Of a stretch of DNA of 64,000 bases, positions 1 through 12,999 are shown piece by piece. The stretch is taken from assembly GCA_032718475.1 (NCBI GenBank), contig JAUCBJ010002610.1, positions 15,782-79,781 of the forward strand, read 5' to 3'. Within the stretch, counting starts at the first letter, position 1. Each line of letters begins with the position of its first letter. The notes below the pieces were generated by a model. That model was not told the DNA's origin. It did not search any database and worked only from the letters and a program-made list of their open reading frames with translations. The translations under genes and the position numbers were made by a program. The stretch is from Nemertoderma westbladi (lineage: Eukaryota > Animalia > Xenacoelomorpha).

Positions 1-251
1 GATGTTGGTTGCGTCAATTAATTGGTAAAAAAAATGTATAATGACGTAATATATCATTTTATGACAAAAGATACATTATTTGGTGGCCATAGCCTGTAGG
101 TATAATCAATAGTGACCTTGGATAATGTATGGATATTGAATGATATAGGATGTATTATTCGGTAAGAGTCATTCATTAGCAGACGTGCATGATCTTGGTG
201 GCAGAAGTAATAGTTAGTTATAAAATTCGCTAATGTGCAATTACTTAATGT

Positions 252-2838
252 TGTGTATGATTTAGGTTGCATTATTTGGTAACGCATCATTCCGTAACCG
301 TGTGTATGATTTAGGTTGTATCACTTGGTAACGCATAATTCCGTAACCGTGTGTATGATTTAGGTTGCATCATTTGGTAACGCATCATTCCGTAACCGTG
401 TGTATGATTTGGGTTGCATTATTTGGTAACGCATCATTCCGTAACCGTGTGTATGATTTAGGTTGCATCACTTGGTAACGCATCATTCCGTAACCGAGTG
501 TATGATTTAGGTTGTATCATTTGGTAACGCATCATTCCGTAACCATGTGTATGATTTGGGTTGCATCATTTGGTAACGCATCATTCCGTAACCGTGTGTA
601 TGATTTAGGTTGTATCATTTGGTAACGCATCATTCCGTAACCGTGTGTATGATTTGGGTTGCATCATTTGGTAACGCATCATTCCGTAACCGTGTGTATG
701 ATTTAGGTTGCATCACTTGGTAACGCATCATTCCGTAACCGTGTGTATGATTTAGGTTGTATCATTTGGTAACGCATCATTCCGTAACCGTGTGTATGAT
801 TTAGGTTGCATCACTTGGTAACGCATCATTCCGTAACCGTGTGTATGATTTAGGTTGCATTATTTGGTAACGCATAATTCCGTAACCGTGTGTATGATTT
901 AGGTTGTATCATTTGGTAACGCATCATTCCGTAACCGTGTGTATGATTTGGGTTGCATCATTTGGTAACGCATCATTCCGTAACCGTGTGTATGATTTCG
1001 TTTGCATCATTTGGTAACGCATAATTCCGTAACCGTGTGTATGATTTAGGTTGCATCATTTGGTAACGCATCATTCCGTGACCGTGTGTATGATTTAGGT
1101 TGCATTATTTGGTAACGCATCATTCCGTAACCGTGTGTATGATTTAGTTTGCATCATTTGGTAACGCATCATTCCGTAACCGTGTGTATGATTTAGGTTG
1201 CATTATTTGGTAACGCATCATTCCGTAACCGTGTGTATGATTTGGGTTGCATTATTTGGTAACGCATCATTCCGTAACCGTGTGTATGATTTAGGTTGCA
1301 TCATTTGGTAACGCCTCATTCCGCAACCGTGTGTATGATTTAGGTTGCATCATTTGGTAACGCATCATTCCGTAACCGCGTGTATGATTTAGGTTGCATC
1401 ATTTGGTAACGCATCATTCCGTAACCGTGTGTATGATTTAGGTTGCATCATTTGGTAACGCATCATTCCGTAACCGTGTGTATGATTTAGGTTGCATCAT
1501 TTGGTAACGCATCATTCCGTAACCGTGTGTATGATTTAGGTTGCATTATTTGGTAACGCATCATTCCGTAACCGTGTGTATGATTTAGGTTGCATTATTT
1601 GGTAACGCATCATTCCGTGACCGTGTGTATGATTTGGGTTGCATCATTTGGTAACGCATCATTCCGTAACCGTGTGTATGATTTGGGTTGCATCATTTGG
1701 TAACGCATCATTCCGTAACCGCGTGTATGATTTAGGTTGCATCATTTGGTAACGCATCATTCCGTAACCGTGTGTATGATTTAGGTTGCATCATTTGGTA
1801 ACGCATCATTCCGTAACCGTGTGTATGATTTAGGTTGCATCATTTGGTAACGCATCATTCCGTAACCGTGTGTATGATTTAGTTTGCATCATTTGGTAAC
1901 GCATCATTCCGTAACCGTGTGTATGATTTGGGTTGCATCATTTGGTAACGCATCATTCCGTAACCGTGTGTATGATTTAGGTTGCATCATTTGGTAACGC
2001 ATCATTCCGTAACCGTGTGTATGATTTGGGTTGCATCATTTGGTAACGCATCATTCCGTAACCGTGTGTATGATTTAGGTTGTATCATTTGGTAACGCAT
2101 CATTCCGTAACCGTGTGTATGATTTAGGTTGCATTATTTGGTAACGCATCATTCCGTAACCGTGTGTATGATTTAGGTTGCATCATTTGGTAACGCATCA
2201 TTCCGTAACCGTGTGTATGATTTGGGTTGCATCATTTGGTAACGCATCATTCCGTAACCGTGTGTATGATTTGGGTTGCATCATTTGGTAACGCATCATT
2301 CCGTAACCGTGTGTATGATTTGGGTTGCATCATTTGGTAACGCATCATTCCGTAACCGTGTGTATGATTTAGGTTGCATCATTTGGTAACGCATCATTCC
2401 GTGACCGTGTGTATGATTTGGGTTGCATCATTTGGTAACGCATCATTCCGTGACCGTGTGTATGATTTGGGTTGCATCATTTGGTAACGCATCATTCCGT
2501 AACCGTGTGTATGATTTAGGTTGCATTATTTGGTAACGCATCATTCCGTAACCGTGTGTATGATTTAGTTTGCATCATTTGGTAACGCATCATCCCGTGA
2601 CCGTGTGTATGATTTAGGTTGCATTATTTGGTAACGCATCATTCCGTGACCGTGTGTATGATTTGGGTTGCATCATTTGGTAACGCATCATTCCGTGACC
2701 GTGTGTATGATTTAGGTTGCATTATTTGGTAACGCATCATTCCGTAACCGTGTGTATGATTTAGTTTGCATCATTTGGTAACGCATCATTCCGTAACCGT
2801 GTGTATGATTTAGTTTGCATCATTTGGTAATGCATCAT
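252..2838. repeat. 49-bp tandem repeat, ~53 copies
   Basis: Unit CCGTAACCGTGTGTATGATTTAGGTTGCATCATTTGGTAACGCATCATT repeated with few substitutions; internally built from two 15-nt subrepeats (GCATCATTTGGTAAC / GCATCATTCCGTAAC) plus 19 nt. Confidence 0.97.
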
Positions 2839-3200
2839 ATGGAAATGGATCATTATTGCTAACCGCAATAGTTGTACACACAAGAGCAGGGCAATTTAAA
2901 CCTAAATGGAGCCCAATCCAAACCACGACTGAATAGCCATTAAAGAGCAGTAAACCCACATGAAAGTGAGCCGCCCGGCTGTGCATATCATACACTCAAT
3001 GGCACACACACAATCTAAAACACACACACCTCTCTATTAAAGCCAATAAATACACGGAAGACCTATGGATCCATTGATTATGACTGGATGCAATTCCAGA
3101 TGCTGCAGAAACCACTATAACTCGTAACCATAGAAACACAATGGACAATGCTACCATCTGGCAAAATTCCGATCAATTGTTTTGGGTTTTGTTATTGCAG

Positions 3201-3261
3201 CCGGGATCAGGAATTCATTCACCCCACAGAGAGGCCGCGCAATGAAGGAGCGAGTGAGAGC
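3201..3261 (+). other. Putative 5'UTR exon of FBXO41
   Basis: Acceptor TTTTGTTATTGCAG ends at 3200 and donor GTAAGT starts at 3262; a downstream acceptor TTTTGTTCAG ends at 4140, 31 nt before the FBXO41 ATG. No transcript evidence. Confidence 0.5.
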
Positions 3262-4171
3262 GTAAGTAGGCAACTGACTATTAAACCTCGAGATGCCAAC
3301 CAATACCGTGTTAGCGAATCGAGAAAGTTGGACTGGCAGATGCAGGAATAAGGGTGATTGATGCTGGCTAGCGGCACACAATGCTAACCACGAACTAGGG
3401 TAGGATTCCCAAGCCTGATTCGCTTTACATAAACTAATGGAAGTTTGGGAAGCAGGCATCAATTCAACCATTAGTTCTCCATCATACCTTGACTGAGGAG
3501 AATTGTTTTTGTAAACCATTAGTACTGGGTGTTTATTAATTATCATAGTGGATTAATGTATTCGCGTACGACGCCGCAAAAACTCTTGAAGAGGAACAGA
3601 CGTCGCCTTATTCATATTCAATTACCACATGCCATTTACTACACTGTAAAGCCGATTAAAAGATAATTAAATAAGGATTATTAGTGCACACCAAACAGCA
3701 TCTTTATGTTGAAATAATAATCATATTTATGCGATGCATTTATTACAAGTAAAACCATATATCGCGCATGTTTGATAATTTTACAGCTATACATTAGGTT
3801 TATAATAACGCTTCGCTATCTTTATCTCTATTATATATGTGTTTTACTTAACTGTATAATTCTAAAAACAAATTGAAAGTACAATTATTCATAATATTTA
3901 ATGATAACGTAATTCAAAGTAAACATTTAATATTTGTTCATAAAATATGTGGACTGTGATAGACCACCATCAATTTATTTACAGCGTATTAGATAGTATA
4001 CTGAATGTTATTGTAAATACAATAATAATGTACAACTTATTAATAATTTATCTTAGTTAATAAACACTGTTTTGCTATTACGACAATAAAATTACATGAT
4101 ATGAAAATGCGAAGATATATTATGTAATAGTTTTGTTCAGAACGGGAATAGTAGACAATCAATAACTAACT

Positions 4172-6637
4172 ATGAGTCAACATTCTAGTCGTTTATCATA
4201 CTACCCAACAGATGTTAACTCGCCGCAACACAAACTCGCAAACATTAGCTACACCGCATCACCATCGGCGTCGGCAATGCGAACGGACGAACGCCCACAC
4301 CTACCGGCGCCCGTGGGACAACGCCCACAACTCTACGCAAACACCCCGCCCCCCGTGCCCCCTACGTGGCGGGGTACCGAAGACGACCGCCATCTCCTCT
4401 CAGCGCCCGTGGGCCAACGCCCACAACGCTACGCCATCACGCCGCCCCCTATGCCGGCGTGGCGAGGAAGCGACGACTACCGCACGATGCGTTCCGAAAC
4501 GGTCCGCAACCGGAGCCCCTGCTCCGAGCCGGAATACAGCTGCCATCGCTGTCTGGGCCGCACTAACTTCCACAGTTACCACGCACTCAAGCACCACCTA
4601 GAGTACGAGCACAGCCCCGAGAGCGGGGGGGCCCGGTCGTTAGGGGGGATCCGTTCACTTGGGGGGACGCGCTCGGTTGGGGGCTCCCCGTCAGTAGAGG
4701 GGGCTCCCCCTCGGACACCCTGGTGGCGCGAGAACATAAACCTGCGGTACAAGACCGGAGATTCTAATCACGTTATTAGTCTGTTAGACGAAGAGGCCAA
4801 ACAGCTGGAGAGGCGGTTGACAAGAGCCAAGCAAACCGGTCTAAATAGCCGACTTCTGGAACCCAATTACAAACTGTCCAGTCCGCTGTGGCTAAATCGC
4901 ACCACCCCCTTAGATAATAAATCGCAATCAGCATCGCCCACCGTCGCTAAGGACAGAAGACCCCCCAGTAAAGTGCAGACCTGGTTGGCAACCTCGGTAC
5001 ACAGTGGGAATAGCACCCCATTGTCAAGGCAACGGGATAAACATTTGGCGTCGAGTGACGAGTTCTACGCGCTCACCTCCCAGTACCTGGACACCATCAA
5101 GCGGCTGCGAACGGAACTGAGTTCGCGAGAGCAGCAGCTGACGGCGACCAGGATGCGACTGGAGCAGGTGGCCCAGGAACGGGAGTCAGACACCTCGACG
5201 CGACGGGAGATGGCAACCAATCACGACCTCGTAGCCACGCTGAGCCAACAGCTTACCCTGAAGGAACGGCAACTCATGGAAAAGGAGAAGCAATCGGCTC
5301 AACTCCAAGACAATCTCCTCGATCTCGCCAAGAAGGAGACCTGGGCTAAAGACCAACTCAAGGATTACATTGACCGCCTGATAGACCGAACGAAGCGAGC
5401 GGAGGACGAGGCCCAGTACTTCCGGGAGCAATGGCAGGAGTTGCATGGCTCCTCCCCGCCAACCAGTCTAGACTACCAGTCGGACCCCGCCCCAGTCAGC
5501 CACCCATCCGGGGCGCCATCCAGCGCCCATCCCCCGCACTACTACGCGGCCGGCGACGAGACCACACCAACGCCATCATCGAAACCCGCCAGTCTGAGTA
5601 GCTACACCCCGGACGTGGGGGAGTTCCCCTTCTCCAACCGAGTCGACAACCCCGAACTCCAAAGGGTTCGCAAGAAGGCCCTCTTCCTGGTCATGGGCTA
5701 CCTCGATATCAGACACCTCCTGCATAGCGGCGCAGTCTGCCGCGAATGGCTCACACTTTCCCGCCATCCCGCCTTATGGCGTTACGTCACGTTATCACGT
5801 TCTAGAATATGCTCGCGGTTTATTAAGGGACTATCTCGATGGTGCACGCAGATCCGTTCGCTGTGTCTCCACGGGCTGCGGGGTCGGAAACAACGCGCCG
5901 GTGAGCCGCATTCCGAGTACCTGCGGGAGCTGCAAGGGTGTCTGGAACCGGGGATAGAATCCCTCCTCCGGGCCTGTCACCAGAGTCTCACCGCAGTCGT
6001 TATAGTGGACTGCGGGAACATAGTTACGGACCGAGTCGTATGGTTGCTAGGCTGCCATACTCGCAACCTGGAGAAGTTAACCTACATGAGTAGCTACGAA
6101 CCCCCTGGGGCTGAGGTCATCTGGGCCCTGGGGGCCGGCTGTCCCAAGATTTGGTATATGAGAGTGAACGCCCTGTTCCCCTGCCACCAGCCATACAAAT
6201 TCGATGATGAATGCCTCCGCATGGTGGCGCAATGCTGGCCACTTCTCAAGGTGCTCAGTATTGGCGGACCCGCAGTAACACTCAACGGTCTGCTGGGCGT
6301 GGTTAGCGCTTGTCAGAAACTTCAGTTCCTGGAGCTAGACCACATCTTCGAGATGACTGAAAGTTCAGCCGAGAAGCTTTGCAATCAAGGACTATACGCG
6401 CTGGAAACCTTTGAGATAACTTTTACAAAGATAACCCCCCAGTGCATAATGTATGTTAACAGCGCATGTCCTCATCTATCCTCCCTGTCCATTCACGTCG
6501 GCATCTCCGATTATTTCGACAACGTCGACGACCCTAAAAACGTTGAAACTTACAATCGTCTCATCAACGATCTCCATGAACTAAATCAACAATCAGTGAT
6601 GAAAAACGTACTGAGAATTAAATCTGATTATGGCTAA
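4172..6637 (+). CDS. FBXO41: F-box only protein 41 orthologue (C2H2 finger, coiled coil, F-box, LRR-like C-terminus); single-exon CDS
   Basis: 821-aa ORF. YSCHRCLGRTNFHSYHALKHHLEYEH resembles the vertebrate FBXO41 N-terminal finger; coiled coil ...AKDQLKDYIDRLIDRTKRAE; F-box ALFLVMGYLDIRHLLHSGAVCREWLTLSRHPALW; C-terminal motifs GCLEPGIESLL, EVIWALGAGC, LQFLELDH, VGISDYF recalled as FBXO41-like. AATAAA near 6843 and 6853. Confidence 0.92.
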   Translation: MSQHSSRLSYYPTDVNSPQHKLANISYTASPSASAMRTDERPHLPAPVGQRPQLYANTPPPVPPTWRGTEDDRHLLSAPVGQRPQRYAITPPPMPAWRGSDDYRTMRSETVRNRSPCSEPEYSCHRCLGRTNFHSYHALKHHLEYEHSPESGGARSLGGIRSLGGTRSVGGSPSVEGAPPRTPWWRENINLRYKTGDSNHVISLLDEEAKQLERRLTRAKQTGLNSRLLEPNYKLSSPLWLNRTTPLDNKSQSASPTVAKDRRPPSKVQTWLATSVHSGNSTPLSRQRDKHLASSDEFYALTSQYLDTIKRLRTELSSREQQLTATRMRLEQVAQERESDTSTRREMATNHDLVATLSQQLTLKERQLMEKEKQSAQLQDNLLDLAKKETWAKDQLKDYIDRLIDRTKRAEDEAQYFREQWQELHGSSPPTSLDYQSDPAPVSHPSGAPSSAHPPHYYAAGDETTPTPSSKPASLSSYTPDVGEFPFSNRVDNPELQRVRKKALFLVMGYLDIRHLLHSGAVCREWLTLSRHPALWRYVTLSRSRICSRFIKGLSRWCTQIRSLCLHGLRGRKQRAGEPHSEYLRELQGCLEPGIESLLRACHQSLTAVVIVDCGNIVTDRVVWLLGCHTRNLEKLTYMSSYEPPGAEVIWALGAGCPKIWYMRVNALFPCHQPYKFDDECLRMVAQCWPLLKVLSIGGPAVTLNGLLGVVSACQKLQFLELDHIFEMTESSAEKLCNQGLYALETFEITFTKITPQCIMYVNSACPHLSSLSIHVGISDYFDNVDDPKNVETYNRLINDLHELNQQSVMKNVLRIKSDYG

Positions 6638-7342
6638 ATGCATACCATTCGACTGCAACAGATCCACGAGATACCAAAAACAGTGTAGTATTTAGGGATA
6701 TTAATTTATTATTTGTATACACAACTTCTTGCCAGTTCGTATAAACCTGTGTTGTTTTTTCTTTCACTTTTCTACTAAACCCTAAACTAATAAAACCCTG
6801 TTAACTTAGACATAAATAATATACCGTGTACTCTTATGTCGTAATAAATTTTAATAAAATAATTGTACGTATTACGAGTGGATCATGTCAACCAGAAACA
6901 TGAAATAATGACGCTTGGTGGGGGAGAAAGGGAAGGGAAGGGAAGGAAAATAAATAAAAACGCAATGAAACAGCTACCGCAGGGCATCGCTCTATGTCAC
7001 ATTACATTAACAAAACATGAGCATCAGAAAGTCACTTAAATAAATTGAACATTTGAAAGGGGGATATAGTTATTGTCCTGGTTGAATGCAGATATTCCAG
7101 CTCACCAAAGTTTTCCAAATAAACTGATGAATGAATACTGCAAACAACAGGGGGCATCATCGAATCATGTAAAGGAAGCATAAAGTAATTATGTAGAGCT
7201 TTAACAAACACAGTAAATGATTAATGTATGTCTGTCTGAGGGTACGTCCTTTGGTTGGACGTATACCTACTTAGTTGGACTAAAAAATACTTCCAGTTTG
7301 TGGCAGAAAATCTGATACTTAAGGATAATGTGTACTGGCGTA

Positions 7343-7563
7343 CATGTGAAGAATACCAGAATTTCACTTTTCGGTCGACTTTTTATTGGATTTTTTTTTA
7401 TATGAAGATTTTTTATTTTTTTTTAAATTTATCTTTATTAAGTGTTTTATAGCGCTTATTTCTGTCTTATAACCTGTACATATACTAATTCGTTTATTGT
7501 TTTGGTTAGATTCAGCCCTTCTGTAACCTGTGCTTTTGGTGAAAACCTGGTATTCTTCACATG
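7343..7563. mobile_element. Small MITE-like element with 25-bp terminal inverted repeats
   Basis: CATGTGAAGAATACCAGAATTTCAC (7343-7367) vs reverse complement of 7539-7563, 23/25 match; AT-rich interior; no clear TSD. Confidence 0.6.
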
Positions 7564-9835
7564 GGGGAGAAAAAAAGCTACTGGCTACTGACTACTGATC
7601 TAGAGCAAAAACAACTCTAACGATTTTGATGAAATTTTGCATGAACCATGAAAATATATTTTTATGGGTACTTGTGAAATCGCGGTTTAAATTGAAACAT
7701 CTCAACTTGTTTTATTTCGAAAAAAAGCCCCATTGCACGAAAATACACATCAATCACATTATTTTTTAATAACAAACTGACCGATAAGCCTGTTTACTAT
7801 AATGGGTTATCTTCATGATACTTAATTTTTATGGATATATTATTTTAAATTATTAATATATAAAACTCAGAACAGATGCATTATATATTTTTCTATAAAC
7901 GTGCGAAAATTTGGAAAGTTTTGATAAAATTATCATTACGTTTTCGTGTATCATAAACTGTTGGGCACATTATGCCCAACCCCAGGTGGAATCTCGGACA
8001 AAAGAGCCCAGGTGGAATAGGTTAAGGTAATTTAATATGCGTCGATTTTTACTCAAGATTTTATGAAATAACGGAATAAATGTATATTAATTATTATGGA
8101 GGCCTACTGTAGATATTGTACAGTATGTCTTTTACAAACAGAAAAAAATTGACGGAATAATAATAATTAATTCACAAAAAATAAGTATTGCGAAACTTCT
8201 ATGTGCAAAAAATATTCACAATCTAATAAAAGTTAGTAGTTATTCAATTCTTCTCACTTATTGCCAGCTTTAAGATTGTCCTGTAGCATCCTGTGCAGCG
8301 AGCCACTCACTATATGAGCGAAACCTTAGCGTGCTGTCTGTTTTTGGGTTAAAAATGTTCCCTACCGCAGGGAACATTTTAGGGGTCTGTCGGTCGGTCT
8401 GTCAGTTTGTCTGCAAAAGTTTGAACATAACAAAAAGCTTTCACTTGACTGTCACTGCCTTACACGACTTGCTCCAAGGGCCGCTAGGCCAGTTTCTAGT
8501 TATTACGTAACTAAAGAACCGCTTAACTACATAAACCATTATTGGATATTGAGTTCTGTTTTGGAGTACGCCGCGTAGACACTAAAGTTACAATAACTTT
8601 TTGGGATGGATTTTGCTCAAATTACGTGCAAACCTTTTCTACGTCGATGCTCTTTCACCCCATGTAATAAAAATCATTGCAATCCTATGGGTTACTTTAT
8701 TCCCTAGGAATAAAGTGAAACTTTTTCTCAGATTTTGAGGTATATTCAAGCGAAAAAAGTTACAATTTAAGAATAAAACTTTTCTTATTTCAAATTAAAA
8801 TGAAATGGCGATTTGACCAAAAACTGAGAGATGATAGCGCAAAGACAAATAAGGTACGTATACGAAACTATATTTCGTTGTCCTACAGAAATTTGGCATT
8901 TGTAATGCCAAAAAATAAAGGGGGGGGGGGGGGGGGGGGGTTTGGCGAGGGGGGGTTGTTTCTATATCGAAATTTATCATTTTTGTTTAAATATTAATAA
9001 GAGTAGATTTACTAATAATATTAATTGTATTTATAGAGCACACTATACATGATGATCTAGGCGCTAACGCACTGTAAAAATCAATCTATTATAGATCATT
9101 ACATTATAAAATGAGCTTTTAAAAATAATGCATATGAAATAAAAATGAATGTTAAAATCGAATTTGATATAATCTAATCATGGCAGTCCTCAATCAATCG
9201 AGCCTCTTTATGAGGATTCCAAATCTGAAAATCGCTTAGCAAGATCTCTTTTACTTCTCGAGATAAGGATTTCTGTCCGCTTAACTGTCGGGCTATCCGT
9301 CCAAACTAAACTAGATAACTTATGGATTGTAGAGTTCATGACAGTAATACACCAAAATACACCATGCCCCGGGATATACCGTCGTAATTTAGTGACATGG
9401 AGAGCCCCCCCGCCCTCACCCAAAAAAAAAAATTTCCACATATCTTAATGAGCTTGCATGAAATTACACTCCCCTCCTCCTTACTGGGTGAATCAGAACA
9501 TAATTATTATTTTGCTTTCATTCTCTAGCTAGAAAAGCGTTTGAAAAAGGTGTCCCCGTCGATATTGCACCAGTTACACCGCAGTTATTCCTCAATATTA
9601 TAAATAAGGTTGTGTTGGCACTAATGGGAAGCTGTCCCTACAAGGATTCCAAATATGTAACACAATCTGAATTTCGTAGAACAATAGCTGAGATATGGGC
9701 GAGCGAAAGTTGCATGTGTTTGCTTCCGCTGAAGGCCATTTATTTTATTTAATCTGCCCATCATATTCTAGAAAATTTAGTTCATGTATGAATATCTCAG
9801 TACTGGAATTATTATATAGGCAATGCATTGTTGCT

Positions 9836-10773
9836 GATGTAAAATTTGATGGTGATTCCGAATCTGAAATCAGCTTTTCGAAAGTTGTGTCGTTCTCCAG
9901 TTGTCAACTCTTGAAATTTTCACCCAAAATTTGAAAATTTTTAATTTTGGTGCAGCACCACATTTGACACCAAAATCTCAAAAGAAAATCATTTTTGAAA
10001 AATTTTAAAAAAATTTCACTTTTGGTACCGGAACATGTTTGGTCAGGTAATCAGGATGAAATTTAAATGTAATTTTCTCGCGTTGGCAGTTTTTGGGACA
10101 CTTTCTATATCTACTTTTTAACTACTCAACCGATTTTCGTTCTAGTCGCAGAATATGTAGAGGAATATTCCGCGCAAAATTTGTGTTGACATAATTTTGA
10201 AATTTTGCTTCAAAAAAAGGTTACGGCATTTTTCGTTTCAAAAATACCGAAAAATCGAAAAAGAATCCAAAATTTCGCGATTTTTTATACAAAAAATGCC
10301 ATAACTTTTTTGAAACAAAATTTCAAAATTCTGTCAACACAATTTTTGCGCGGAATATTCCTCTACATAATTCTGCAAACAGAACGAAAATCGGTTGAGT
10401 AGTTAAAAAGTAGATCGAGAAAGTGTCCCAAAAAAGCCAACGCGAGAAAAGTGACATTTAAACTTCCTCCTGATTACAACTGACCAAACATGCAACAAAA
10501 GTGAAAAGTTTTAAAAAATTTCAAAAATTATCTTATTTTTGGTTTTGATACCTATAGGCTAATTTTCGGCGCTGATTCCGAAAATGGCAAAATATTTCGA
10601 AATGTCTGGGTGTTTATTGTCTTTTTTGGTGTTAATGTTAAATGTGGTGCTGCACCAAAATTAATAATTTCCAAATTTTGGGTGAAAATTACAAAAGTTG
10701 ACATGACTCGGAAAACAAAATAACTTATCGAAAAACTGATTTCAGATTCGGAATCACCATAAAATTTTACATC
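9836..10773. mobile_element. Foldback / palindromic non-autonomous DNA element
   Basis: Arms of ~400-480 bp in inverted orientation, e.g. GATGTAAAATTTGATGGTGATTCCGAATCTGAAATCAG at the left end vs CTGATTTCAGATTCGGAATCACCATAAAATTTTACATC at the right end; short spacer near 10235-10290. Confidence 0.8.
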
Positions 10774-11674
10774 GGAAAACACATTAAAAAAATCTGATGA
10801 AAAAAAGACTCGGGGTGAACCCCACCCCCCCCCCCCCCCCCTAAACATGCTACTCCTTTGTTATGCTTTATTTTCAGAAGTACTCAAAAAAGTTTTTTCA
10901 GAAGATGATTGGCCGATTACGTGAAAAAAATCTAGCAGAATTTTTGTTTTGTACTTTTCAAGGAAAATACCGATATTTTCCAAAATTATTTTCAGATTTT
11001 CAGATTTTTTTCGTAAAAAATTCTATAACAGATGAATAATTGCAAAACTAAAGAAAATACCTGAGGAACTATAATTTTATCATGCGCATGTGCACACTAC
11101 TAGCTTTCATTTGATACCAAAAAACTTACAAATTAGTTGAAAAATAGCGTAGGAGAATTAATTGATTTAAAAATGAAAAAATACAATTCTGAGATAATCG
11201 CCCATAAATTTTAAATTTTAAATGGTTTCGAAGTCGCAATCGCATTATAACTTGTTAAAAATATTTTCTGGTAAAGCGACCATTTTTTGGTGAATATTTA
11301 TTATTATTTATTTATTATATTATTTGGCAAAAAATTTCAAACTGTAAAATATTGTCTCTTGTTGGATAAAAACCCTAAAGGTATAGGGGTTTTCGAGGTC
11401 GCTGATCACTAGGAAACTAGTCAAAAATATTTTTGTTAATGCATCCATCATTTTTGGTGCTATTCTGCTGGGACAAAAATACTGTAGCAAAAATACTGGT
11501 AGCTTTTGCCTTTGATTAGGCAATTTTGAGGCTACACGCCCCGGGCCAAATAGGGACAATTTAATATATTTATTATTCTTACAGTATAGAATTACAGATT
11601 ACGGTTATTCCGGCATCTGATTTCCTAATTTACCCGGTGTGGATGTACCTGGGGTGTAGTGTATTTGTATATAT

Positions 11675-12421
11675 TAGGGATGTGGCGAATGTCCGCATCC
11701 GCATCCGCGGATATCCGCATGATTTTTCGCATCCGCACCCATGGTATGCGGATGTGACATGCGGATGTTACATGCACTATTCAAGCATCCTGCCTGAAGG
11801 CCCAGCAACCACTCAATTAAATTTTCAATAATAATTACTTTTTCCCTTATGAAATTTTTTTATTTTATCTTAAAACTATCAAAGTATAAGATATCAAAAT
11901 GTCAAAACTGACATCGGAAATGAGTTCGCCGACCTGGAAAACCCCCATAGGCAAATTTTGGTGAGGTCAAATGATTTTGTTTATTTTTTGACCGACAAAC
12001 AGACCGACAAACAGACAGACAAAAAGACAGTTTCTGTAAGAGGAGCAACCTTAGAAGTTCGATTTTGTGTACCAGTGTGTGTGTAGGTGGGGGTTGGGGG
12101 GGGGGGGGGGGGGGGGGGTGTACACGTACATTGTTGTACACTATACAGTATACACTAACACTCGACGGGAACAATATAAAAAATGTTTGTTGTATTTATT
12201 GTTTAGTTATATTATGTCCCATTCTGTTCTATAACCTTAGACTCTTGTTAGTTTATTAATATAAGATTAGAATATAATATTAAAATGCTGGTATAACCTT
12301 GATGTAAAAGGGAGGCCAGGCAAAAATATATATGTTTTAATAGACATCCGCATCCGTGCGGATGTCACTTCAGACATCTGCATCCGCGGATGTTAAAAAT
12401 ATGACATTCGCAACATCCCTA
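11675..12421. mobile_element. hAT-type MITE
   Basis: TIRs TAGGGATGTGGCGAATGTC / GACATTCGCAACATCCCTA; 8-bp TSD GTATATAT (11667-11674 and 12422-12429); subterminal CGCATC/GCGGAT repeats. Confidence 0.88.
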
Positions 12422-12625
12422 GTATATATAATATTAATTGTAATGGTATAACCATGTCTTGCTATTTTACTGTGTTTTTATAGTCCTAAATTTCTTTAAG
12501 GGGCGCAATAAATAAATAATTGATTGTTTCTCTAGTTTCTTTGATTTCAATCCTTTACACATATTTAGTGATTGTAGCATAGACCCTGGGGTGGCACAAC
12601 AATTTGGAAATTTCTCGAAGAGATA

Positions 12626-12662
<37 letters not shown>

Positions 12663-12999
12663 ACAAGAAAACGAATTGACAAATCGTGAAAAATGTTTGG
12701 TTGATGTCTACCGCAAAGCCACCAAAGTTACAATCGGGATCAGTGGTTAGGTCGTGTTGGACTTTTTATAGATGTTAGAAGCGCATTTCGTTGATTTAGT
12801 GGGGGGCCGGTGGGGCTAGGTGAAACAAAAACTGTAAAAAAAAGTTAATATGCTTAGCATTCTAATATGTTAGCATGCCATTTTTATCTCAAATTATTGT
12901 GACAAAAAAATCGGCCCCATTGGAACTGCAATGGTTGATTTATTTGAACAAAAGAGAGAGAGAGAGGAGTGATAGACCTGTTTACTCCCACAGAATCCA

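Noticed and set aside
252-2838. CRISPR-like appearance of the 49-bp array (and of the 41-bp array)
   Set aside because: Units are contiguous with no unique spacers, no cas genes, and the context is eukaryotic.
4212-6285. Short alternative-frame and antisense ORFs inside FBXO41
   Set aside because: Shadows of a GC-rich coding region with no recognisable motifs.
7106-7137. Minus-strand exon-like segment (TTTGCAG|...|GTGAGC) as GGT exon 4
   Set aside because: No frame gives GGT-like sequence (expected GG(F/V)M...DFRE); it may be chance.
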